Positions 11,120 to 20,000 of a stretch of DNA of 20,000 nucleotides are shown piece after piece. The stretch comes from Trichoplax sp. H2 (Eukaryota). Under the pieces are notes generated by a model. The model saw only the letters and a program-made list of their open reading frames with translations. It had not been told where the DNA came from and did no database searches. The stretch covers positions 862,098 to 882,097 of the forward strand of contig NOWV01000016.1 in NCBI GenBank assembly GCA_003344405.1, written 5' to 3'. Position 1 is the stretch's first letter; every line of letters begins with the position of its first letter. The translations under genes and the position numbers were made by a program.

Positions 11120-12424
11120 ACTATATAGTGTTTAGAAAGATGCTTAAATCGCCGCCATTTCTTTCTGTTAGATGTATTGGAAAGTGCAAAAGACCACAAC
11201 ATGACATATTAGCATGTTTCATATACCAATAAAGATTTTCATGTTAGGAAGATAAATCCGACCGCTTGATAACGAGTCAACAAATTACGAGAATGACTTT
11301 TGATAAGAATATGAAACTTGATCTGATATTACCATTACATTTACTCTACATATAGCATTGTCACTGTATATCAATTGCTTATGATGATCGTTCTTAGCTC
11401 GTATAATTCGAAAATAAGTAGTGGTACCTCACCTAAGATTCCTATAGATTAAATTCGGATAACTTGGCTCAAGATCTTAAAGAGACTGTAGTTAAGAAAT
11501 CTTATACATCGATAAATAGTTTTAATGCCTTACTGACATAGTGACTATTTCTAAACGATTATGGTTATATAAATATCTATTAACTACTGCTGTGCTAATA
11601 AGGTACGGAATAATAGTTTAAGTAACTTACGATAATAAATATATAAAAATGAATTCGGTACGATATATAGAAGTTATTAGAATGCCATCATCTCGCAGTT
11701 ACGATTTATTGTTTAATTAAAGCCGTGATGGAGCTGAAGGTGACACCTATCTACCACATGCTGGTTTGGTAATCATACATTGTATGAGATATCAGTTAAT
11801 CATGAAAAACGTGACACCAGCCTATTAAACTATAATTGTTTAAAAAAATGAGAATAGCAAGCCCACGTAGTCCATTTGCTACAAGTTACAAACTCAAGTC
11901 AGTCTCAAATTTTATTAGCAGATTAAATTGCCATCGCGAATAAATGCGAATCATGTGAAATAGGCTGTACTTAAACTGTACTCTTTTAAGAATCATAGCA
12001 TTCAATTTGCGAAAATGAGAATTCTAGTAACATGATTCAGAAGCAAGGTTTTTAATTGTATTCTAAATTCTAAATGACTGTAACACTTTGATGGTAAATA
12101 AACAAACACAAGTTTAGGTATCGACGAATCCATTTGAGGTGATACAGTTTCGTTATCGCAATTTATAAATTTTTAGTTAAGAATTGGTAATTCAGTAAGC
12201 TTCACAGAACCATGATACCAGCAAAAATTCTAACTCAACTTTATCAGTTAAAGAGTTAACCTTAAAGGGTGTGATTCCACAGGGATACCCCTAATATATG
12301 AATCTGTTGAGGATATGCCAAGTGTGCGGATGAATTTGAGTAGAATTCAGGGAAAGATATCATCTCACAAAGAAACGCATCCATGTCTAATTATTTAATA
12401 TTCGAGTTACCATTTATTAAGTAA
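11120..12424 (+). pseudogene. Putative highly decayed annexin pseudogene, copy 1
   Basis: Colinear annexin-like fragments with stops and frameshifts: LAQDLKE (11464), YKNEFG (11642), SRD (11721), ES/AFN/RILVT*/SEA (11990-12045), FDGK*TNTSLGIDESI*GDT...LRI G|gt (12087-12186) and DEFE*NSGKDII...SMSNY (12329-12424). Confidence 0.5.
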
Positions 12425-12814
12425 ATAAAGATCGAAATCTATTTACAGAAAAAAGAGTAATTTTACAAGTAACAAAAATAATCTAAAATTGTCGCTGATA
12501 TAGTTGAATTTATTTAAAAATAATCCATTGAATCCGTAATATAATCCGTACTATAAGTTACAAGTTGTTGAGATTATGATAAAATCAAGCTAGGAAGTTA
12601 CCTAAAAAATCTTCCATGAGATTTTTACTGGTATATTGAATTTTATTAAAAATGAAGGTTAGTTATAAATTCTATTCTTTTCATACAATTTTGATTTATG
12701 AAAGCTAAAAATTTGAAAATCATCTAATTTGAAATGTAGCAAACGAGTCGTCACTTTTATGTTATTTATCATAATGCCCGCAATCGGTTTAAGAAAGTCG
12801 TTGTGCAGTAATTT

Positions 12815-13517
12815 CTAAAAGCAGTGATCACCAGTTTCCATATTGGATTGCCCTGGTCCGCCAAAACTGAAGTATTTTAATTTGATCTCATTGAAAATCA
12901 CATTTCCTATAGATGATCCCGCAACCACTGACATGAATAACCAAACGTTGTATGACATAGTAACCAACATCATAAAATATGCAAGTGTTATCTGCATTAT
13001 TTGTAGTATCAGGTGTATGAATATAGTCGTAAAAGGTAAATTCATGCAATAGCTAAAAAGGGGCGATAAAAAATTAAATTCTCAGTTTGTTACTAAACAT
13101 TTTTACAGCTATTGATTACTGAAATATTGTCAATTGTGTAAAAAAGACATGGTATGAAATTAACGCATAATTTACGCTTATTATCTGAGACTCGAAGGCA
13201 TGATAATAATTTTTATGCAGGTGTACACCAGCAATAGAATAAGTATTCAATTAACTGGATATTAATGTATGTATACACTGAATATTGCAGTATGCTTAGA
13301 AGAATGAATTAGTATTCGATGTTTTGCGATTAAGCTACTTTTCGATCTTACCGTTTACGTCTTCTAATAGTATTATCCATCACTAGAGGGGAATAACTAT
13401 CAACTCTATGCAACTTCTGCAGGCGTTGGCGTTTAAGTACGTAATATTCTTTTAACAGCTTTATACCCTCGTACATAAATGATAACGCAAACCAAGCTAA
13501 GGCCGTGCCAATTAAAC
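12815..13517 (-). CDS. CTR/SLC31-family copper transporter, copy 1. Exons 13517-13352 and 13052-12815; the N-terminal exon is unresolved
   Basis: Exon 13517-13352 encodes TM1 GLIGTALAWFALSFMYEGIK. The last exon encodes HLILQIMQITLAYFMMLVTMSYNVWLF (MxxxM in TM2), GSSIG (GxxxG in TM3) and a DHCF C-terminus. The intron is GT-AG, phase 2. A weak candidate first exon at ~14032-13966 gives MLHYFVVSISIPPVVVHG. Confidence 0.88.
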
Positions 13518-14511
13518 CTTATTGGATAAATAAATCAAGGATGTAACAGGTTAAGCAACTTGAAGTATTTGATTGAATTTCCCAAACCAGATTAGGTTAT
13601 GTTATTCATTTATAACTCATTATGTAATATAATTGTTCTTTACACTAAAATGGCTAGTTGAATTTAAGCATTGAACAAGTAGTTGATGTGGTACTTATTC
13701 AACAAGTATTTAAAACATTCAAAATTTAAGAGATGACATTTGTAAATAGTTATGTGATTTCGATATGTTCGGACTCTATGACATATCGTTGAACATCACG
13801 CCAAACACATAGTCATTACTAAATTAAAAATATCTATATACTTTATTATCCTATCATTAGTGCCATCTATGCGGTCATGCAGTACATTGAAAACTAAATG
13901 CCTCTACGATCAACACGATGCGGAGATGATTCAGGATCAAAATAGGCTTTATTATTTATTTTAACCATGCACAACAACGGGAGGGATTGAGATAGAGACC
14001 ACGAAATAGTGAAGCATGAGCTGTTTTCTACAGCTAAAGACAGTACTGTACATACTGTTTAATAGTCGCTATCGAACTTAGAGTACCGTCAAACTGATAT
14101 TAACTAAACCTATCTTTATCAGTAGGAGTATAAGTGCAATAGATACCTTGTCATCAAAATCAGCACAAGTAAATACAGTACCTTAACGCATGTCAGCGCA
14201 TCTATGTTGATACAATATATTACAATTAGCTTATAAATTCAAGTAATTTAATATACAGTACAGTACAGTACAGTCCAGCACTGTAACCCTACAGTACTGT
14301 ACAGCACAAAGTACTAGTGTACAATGTACTGTATATTACAGTCACTGGAGGTTTGCATGGTCTGGTCTACTGTAGTCTAGTTGAATACTGTGAGTCAGTG
14401 CGTTTAATCTACAGTACTGCATTGGGATTTTCAAAGCCCCTTTTGAGTCAAAATATGAATTGTTGGTTGTGATTGAGTTGTAGAAACTAAATTTCAGATC
14501 GGGCTACGCCA

Positions 14512-14911
14512 AGAACAGTAAATTCTGTCAGGGACTTCTAATAAGGGGAATTTCTTCTTTAAAAAGTCCTGATTCCGTCGCTGTAAATCTTTGCTTACTA
14601 TGATACAGAGCTGACATTGACCAGGCAGACCAGATAGAGTGCATCGTTAATACAGTGCAGTGCAGTATATTGATTTACTGTATTTATTGAATCCACACAA
14701 TACAGAACAGTAAATTCCGTCAGGGACTTCTAATAAGGGGAATTTCCTCTTTAAAAAGTCCTGATTCCGTCGCTGCAAATCTTTGCTTACTATGATACAG
14801 AGCTAACATTGACCAGGCAGACCAGATAGAGTGCATCGTTAATACTGTACAGCCAGTACAGTACAGTACTGTATATTGATTTACAGTATTTATTGAATCC
14901 ACACAATACAG
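14512..14911. repeat. Local tandem direct repeat, 2 x ~192-208 bp, next to the large duplication junction
   Basis: AGAACAGTAAATTC(T/C)GTCAGGGACTTCTAATAAGGGG...GAATCCACACAATACAG occurs at 14512-14703 and 14704-14911. The second copy has extra CAGTA units. Confidence 0.93.
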
Positions 14912-15613
14912 TACTGTACAGTACTGTACAGTACATACTGTATCATCGTTTAAGCTAATGTATTTACTATGAGTATCTGAGTAATCGTGGTGTACAGTAC
15001 AGCACAATACTGTAGGCTCGTACGATACGGTCGTTCATAACGGCTCATAATTTTTAACTAAATCTCGTGAAATCCATGGAAACCATTCATCCAAATTTGC
15101 AATGTGGCAATCACATGATTTTCTCTGCAATATTTTTTATTATTAAGTTATTTGTTTACTTGTACGTGATGTGCCCTCTGTCTACAATCTCTTTCCTTCA
15201 CTTTTAATTAAGACACAGAGTAAAAGTTTAAACAAACAAAAGAGTCTAAAATTTCAAAAAATGAAATAGAGTTGGAAGCACTTCAAATGATTACAATACT
15301 GTCGCTAACTGTTGTCAATCGACATTACGTCAAGTAAAAAAAAGGTTATAGCACGTGTTCCTCGTTAAGTGTACTAAGGCTATTTACAATAGGTGCACTC
15401 TACAAGGTAGCTAAGCTGCTCAACCTATAGTACTGCAGCGTATGCTCGGTAATTTGAAGGATTTTCAACCTTAATTTAAGTTGAAAGCTTTCTTAATAAG
15501 CAAACAATAGCCTCAGTTAGCTTTAAATATACTACAGAGCTTCAAATAAAATTCACTTCTTCCTGAATTGCTTTGAGTTTGTTATCGACTCTACTTTTAA
15601 ATAAAACACAGAT

Positions 15614-16387
15614 ATGTATCGTTTTTTGATTCTTGTCTCTCTCGTTGGTATTGCTATTGCAACTGCACCTAAACCATGCTGTACACCAAAGCAATGGGAA
15701 GGTGTTGTTGAAACAGCCGACATGAATGTCGTTGGAAGCGGAAAAACTGCTATGAACTCGACCTTTCGCGTTTTAATGCATATTTCATATGATTACCAAA
15801 ATAGCAAGATTAGAGTTGATCAGGACATATATCTAACTGGTGGTAAGACAGTCCATCATACAGTCATCGGCGACTATAAGAAAGGAAAGCTCTATTCTAT
15901 TCTCAACGGCCATTGCCTCTCAGCTTCCATCAAATCACCAATGCCCGAGGCCTGCGTTCCTGAGATCGCTACTTTTTATATGGCAGGTACGCTTGGAGCT
16001 ACATTAAAGTATAATACCTTCGCTTATTCCAAAAAAGATGGATCCTTGGGAGCGATAATTGACGTATCTGCAACGGGTTGCATTCCAATTGCCGTATTAG
16101 CTTTCCAGAAAGCAAAGATGCAGGGTAAAGCTATTACCAAATATAAAGCAGCTTGGTTCAAGAACATTACTGCAGGAATCAAAGACTCCTCAGTTTTCGA
16201 CAAGCCGAAAGAATGCAAGCCCATTGGAGATTCGGAAAATATCGTTGTTGACTTTGATTACTTGAAGTACTTCCAGTCTCGTCTCTTTACGGTATCTAGA
16301 GAAAATAAGATGTACTTACAGGAATCCATTGAAGATCTCTTCCGCAAAGACTCCGTTAGACGCTTGCATGAAACATTCCTATTTTAG
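15614..16387 (+). CDS. Ependymin-related protein (EPDR family), copy 2, 257 aa
   Basis: Intact ORF about 85% identical in protein to copy 1, with the same six Cys and motifs, one codon deleted, and the NAT sequon lost. Confidence 0.9.
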   Translation: MYRFLILVSLVGIAIATAPKPCCTPKQWEGVVETADMNVVGSGKTAMNSTFRVLMHISYDYQNSKIRVDQDIYLTGGKTVHHTVIGDYKKGKLYSILNGHCLSASIKSPMPEACVPEIATFYMAGTLGATLKYNTFAYSKKDGSLGAIIDVSATGCIPIAVLAFQKAKMQGKAITKYKAAWFKNITAGIKDSSVFDKPKECKPIGDSENIVVDFDYLKYFQSRLFTVSRENKMYLQESIEDLFRKDSVRRLHETFLF

Positions 16388-17199
16388 GCTGTCATAAACA
16401 ATACTTGTACTAACAGCAAAGTAGATCAGCTCGAATGATGAATCATATCTACATATACTATACAAGGCTACTCGATTCGGTGTGTAATACCTATATCTCC
16501 AAAATAGCTTACCTGTACAACCTAGACATCCAGAATAATCTAATTGTAATGTAGTGTAGCGTTTGTAGGACGTTGTGATATGAGTAATAAGATGCTATTA
16601 TCATCATATGTTCAACATTGCTGTATAAATGTCAGCTACGAGATATATCAGCGCTGAAGTATTTTTAACATGTGTCTATGAGTCCCTATTATAATTATTA
16701 GACTGTAGATAATTTTAAATATAAGAGATATGGATGGGTACTGTTAAAGCAAAATAAAATATGTTTTAAAAAAAAGATATGAATATTTCTTTAAAAATAA
16801 CACGGAATAGTTAAAGCAAATTATTAGAAGCTTTTACAAACATAATGATTGTAAACTGCGAAGGCGATGGAATGCTGTGAATAATCGATTAGCAATTATA
16901 ATTTAACCAGAAGTAAATGCAGTACATACTCGTATATGTTGTTCATAGTTAGTACGTGGCACGTAAACAAGCGTGCCTAATTCGCTTGTTTCGTAGTAAT
17001 TGCATGAGAACAGTTTAGAAATACAAATAATATATGATTGTTATCCGTTAAGCGCTTACATCGGTTACTTCAATATTTAAACTAAGTTACTTTAAATTTT
17101 TAGTATTGCAACTACCATAGCGGCTTCAGGGTTTACGTTACCTCTTTATGCTTTCTGTGTTAAGCTACCTATAGATTTAAGACCTATCTGTGATTTTAT

Positions 17200-18494
17200 A
17201 ACACTATATAGTATTTAGAAAGATGCTTAAATCGCCGCCATTTCTTTCTGTTAGATGTATTGGAAAGTACAAAAGACCACAATATGACATATTAGCATGT
17301 TTCATATACCAATAAAGATTTCCATGTTAAGAAGATAAATCCGACCGCTTGATAACGAGTCAACAAATTACGAGGATGGCTTTTGATAACAATATGAAAC
17401 TTGATCTGATATTACCATTACATTTACTCTACATATAGCATTGTCACTGTATATCAATTGCTTATGATGATCGTTCTTAGCTCGTAAAATTCGAAAATAA
17501 GTAGTGGTACCTCACCTTAGATTCCTATAAATTAAATTCGGATAACTTGGCTCAAGATCTTAAAGAAACCGCAGTTAAGAAATCTTATACATCGATAAAT
17601 AGTTTTAATGCCTTACTGACATAGTGACTATTTCTAAACGATTATGGTTATATAAATGTCTATTAACTACTGTTGTGCTAATAACGGTACGGAATAATAG
17701 TTTAACTAACTTACGATAATAAATATATAAAATGAATTCGGTACGATATATAGAGGTTATTAGAATGTCATCATCTCGCAGTTACAATTTATTATTTAAT
17801 TAAAGCCATAATGGAGCTGAAGGTGATACCTATCTACCACATGCTGGCTTGGTAATCATACATTGTATGAGATGTCAGTTAATCATGAAAAACGTGACAC
17901 CGGCCTATTAAACTATAATTATTTGAAAAAATCAGAATAGCAAGCCCACATAGTCCATTTGCTACAAGTTACAAACTCAAGTCAGTCTCAAATTTTATGA
18001 GCAGATTAAATTGCCATCGCGAATAAATGCGAGTCGTGTGAAATAGGCTGTACTTAAACTGTACTCTTTTAAGAATCATAGCATTCAATTGAGAATTCTA
18101 GTAACATGATTCAGAAGCAAGGTTTTTAATTGTATTCTAAATTCTAAAAACGGTAACACTTTGATGGTAAATAAACAAACACAAATTTAGGTATCGACGA
18201 ATCCATTTAAGGTGATACAGTTTCGTCATCGCAATTTACAAATTTTTAGTTAAGAATTGGCAATTCAGTAAGCTTCACAGAACTATATGATACCAGCAAA
18301 AATTCTAACTGAACTTTATCAGTTAAAGGGTTAAAGGGTGTGATTCCACAGGGATACCCCTAATATATGAATCTGTTGAGGATATGCCGAATGTGCGGTG
18401 AATTTGAGTAGAATTCAGGGAAAGATATCATCTCACAAAGAAACACACATCCATGTCTAATTATTTAATATTCGAGTTACCATTTATTAAGTAA
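17200..18494 (+). pseudogene. Putative decayed annexin pseudogene, copy 2
   Basis: Duplicate of 11120-12424 that shares most of the inactivating stops. Confidence 0.48.
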
Positions 18495-18884
18495 ATAAAG
18501 ATCGAAATCTATTTACAGAAAAAGGAGTAATTTTACAAGTAATAAAAATAATCTAAAATTGTCGCTGATATAGTTGAATTTATTTAAAAATAATCCATTG
18601 AATCCATAATATAATCCGTACTATAAGTTACAAGTTGTTGAGATTATGATAAAATCAAGCTAGAAAGTTACCTAAAAATTCTTCCATGAGATTTTTACTG
18701 GTATATTGAATTTTATTAAAAATGAAGGGTAGTTATATATTCTATTCTTTTCATACAACTTTGATTTATGAAAGTTAAAAATTTGAAAATCGTCTAATTT
18801 GAAATGTAGCAAACGAGTCGTCACTTTTATGTTATTTATCATAATGCCTGCAATCAGTTTAAGAAAGTTGTTGTGCAGTAATTT

Positions 18885-19580
18885 CTAAAAGCAGTGATCA
18901 CCAGTTTCCATATTGGATTGCCCTGGTCCGCCAAAACTAAAGTATTTTAATTTGATCTCATTGAAAACCACATTTCCTATAGATGATCCCGCAACCACTG
19001 ATATGAATAACCAAACGTTGTATGACATAGTAACCAACATCATAAAATATGCAAGTGTTATCTGCATTATTTGTAGTATCAGGTGCATGAATATAGTCGT
19101 AAAAGGTAAATTCATGCAATAGCTAAAAAGGGGCGATAAAAGTAAAATTCTCAGTTTGTTACTAAACATTTTTACAGCTATTGATTGCTGAAATATTGTC
19201 AATTGTGTAAAAAGGACATGGTATGAAATTACCGCATAATTTACGCCTATTATCTGAGACTCGAAGGCATGATAATAATTTTTATGCAGGTGTCAGCAAT
19301 AGAATAAGTATTCAATTAACTGGATATTAATGTATATACACTGAATATTGCAGTATGCTTAGAAGAATGAATTAGTATTTGATGTTTTGCGATTAAGCTA
19401 CTTTTCGATCTTACCGTTTACGTCTTCTAGTAGTATTATTCATCACTAGAGGAGAATAACTATGAACTCTATGCGACTTCTGCAGGCGTTGACGTTTAAG
19501 TACGTAATATTCTTTTAACAGCTTTATACCCTCGTACATAAATGATAACGCAAACCAAGCTAAGGTCGTGCCAATTAAAC
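18885..19580 (-). CDS. CTR/SLC31-family copper transporter, copy 2. Exons 19580-19415 and 19122-18885; 5' part probably beyond the window end
   Basis: Same exon structure and splice sites as copy 1, no stop codons, and YEGIK, MxxxM, GxxxG and DHCF retained. Confidence 0.88.
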
Positions 19581-20000
19581 CTTATCGGATAAATAAATCA
19601 AAGATGTAACAGGTTAAGCAACTTGAAGTATTTGATTGAATTTCGCAAACCAGATTAGGTTATGTTATTCATTTATAACTCATTATGTAATATAATTGTT
19701 CTTTACACTAAAATGGCTAGTTGAATTTAAGCATTGAACAAGTAGTTGATGTGGTACTTATTCAACGAGTATTTAAAACATTCAAAATTTAAGAGATGAC
19801 ATTTGTAAATAGTTATGTGATTTCGATATGTTCGGACTCTATGACATATCGTTGAACATCACGCCAAACACATAGTCATTACTAAATTAAAAATATCTAT
19901 ATACTTTATTATCCTATCATTAGTGCCATCTATGCGGTCATGCAGTACATTGAAAACTAAATGCCTCTACGATCAACACGATGCGGAGATGATTCAGGAT

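Larger units (their letters stand above)
8810..14930. repeat. Tandem segmental duplication unit 1 (~6.1 kb; EPDR + annexin relic + CTR)
   Basis: Colinear match to ~14930-20000 (9527 to 15614, 12815 to 18885, 13937 to 20000). A hand sample of about 400 nt of non-coding DNA gave about 4% substitutions plus small indels. Confidence 0.95.
14930..20000. repeat. Tandem segmental duplication unit 2 (truncated by the window end)
   Basis: Starts at ACTGTATCATCG(C/T)TTAAGCTAAT, matching ~8815, and continues colinearly to position 20000. Confidence 0.95.

Noticed and set aside
12843-13052. 69-aa plus-strand ORFs (also 18913-19122)
   Set aside because: Antisense to the CTR last exon; their similarity only reflects the duplication.
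13560-13590. WEIQSNTS on the minus strand as the missing CTR pre-TM1 segment
   Set aside because: There is an in-frame stop just upstream, the implied intron is only about 40 nt, and the Trp is Cys in copy 2.
13671-13708. Imperfect inverted repeat TTGAACAAGTA...TACTTATTCAA
   Set aside because: Short, AT-rich and probably intronic; compatible with chance.
14720-15007. 95-aa minus-strand ORF, and 8775-8960
   Set aside because: Mostly pentamer-repeat translation. MHSIWSAWSM was considered as the CTR first exon but does not resemble CTR N-termini.

Overview
AT-rich eukaryotic genomic DNA with short GT-AG introns and abundant (CAGTA/TACTG)n pentamer repeats. It looks like an early-branching animal, probably a placozoan such as Trichoplax (inference, not checked). 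The left third holds three housekeeping genes: MRPS16 (+, 4 exons), ECHDC1 (-, 5 exons) and an intronless SURF6/RRP14 (+) head-to-head with ECHDC1. The right 11 kb is a recent tandem duplication of about 6.1 kb (copy 1 ~8810-14930; copy 2 ~14930 to the window end), with non-coding parts about 96% identical and the junction inside CAGTA repeats. Each unit carries a secreted ependymin-related (EPDR) gene (+), a CTR/SLC31 copper transporter (-) and, between them, what appears to be a heavily decayed annexin. The two EPDR paralogs differ at 38 amino-acid-changing codons but only 6 synonymous-only codons, which suggests diversifying selection. The gap at 6.5-8.7 kb may hide a frameshifted relic of a TNF-receptor-like death receptor on the minus strand. 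All alignments and counts were done by hand.
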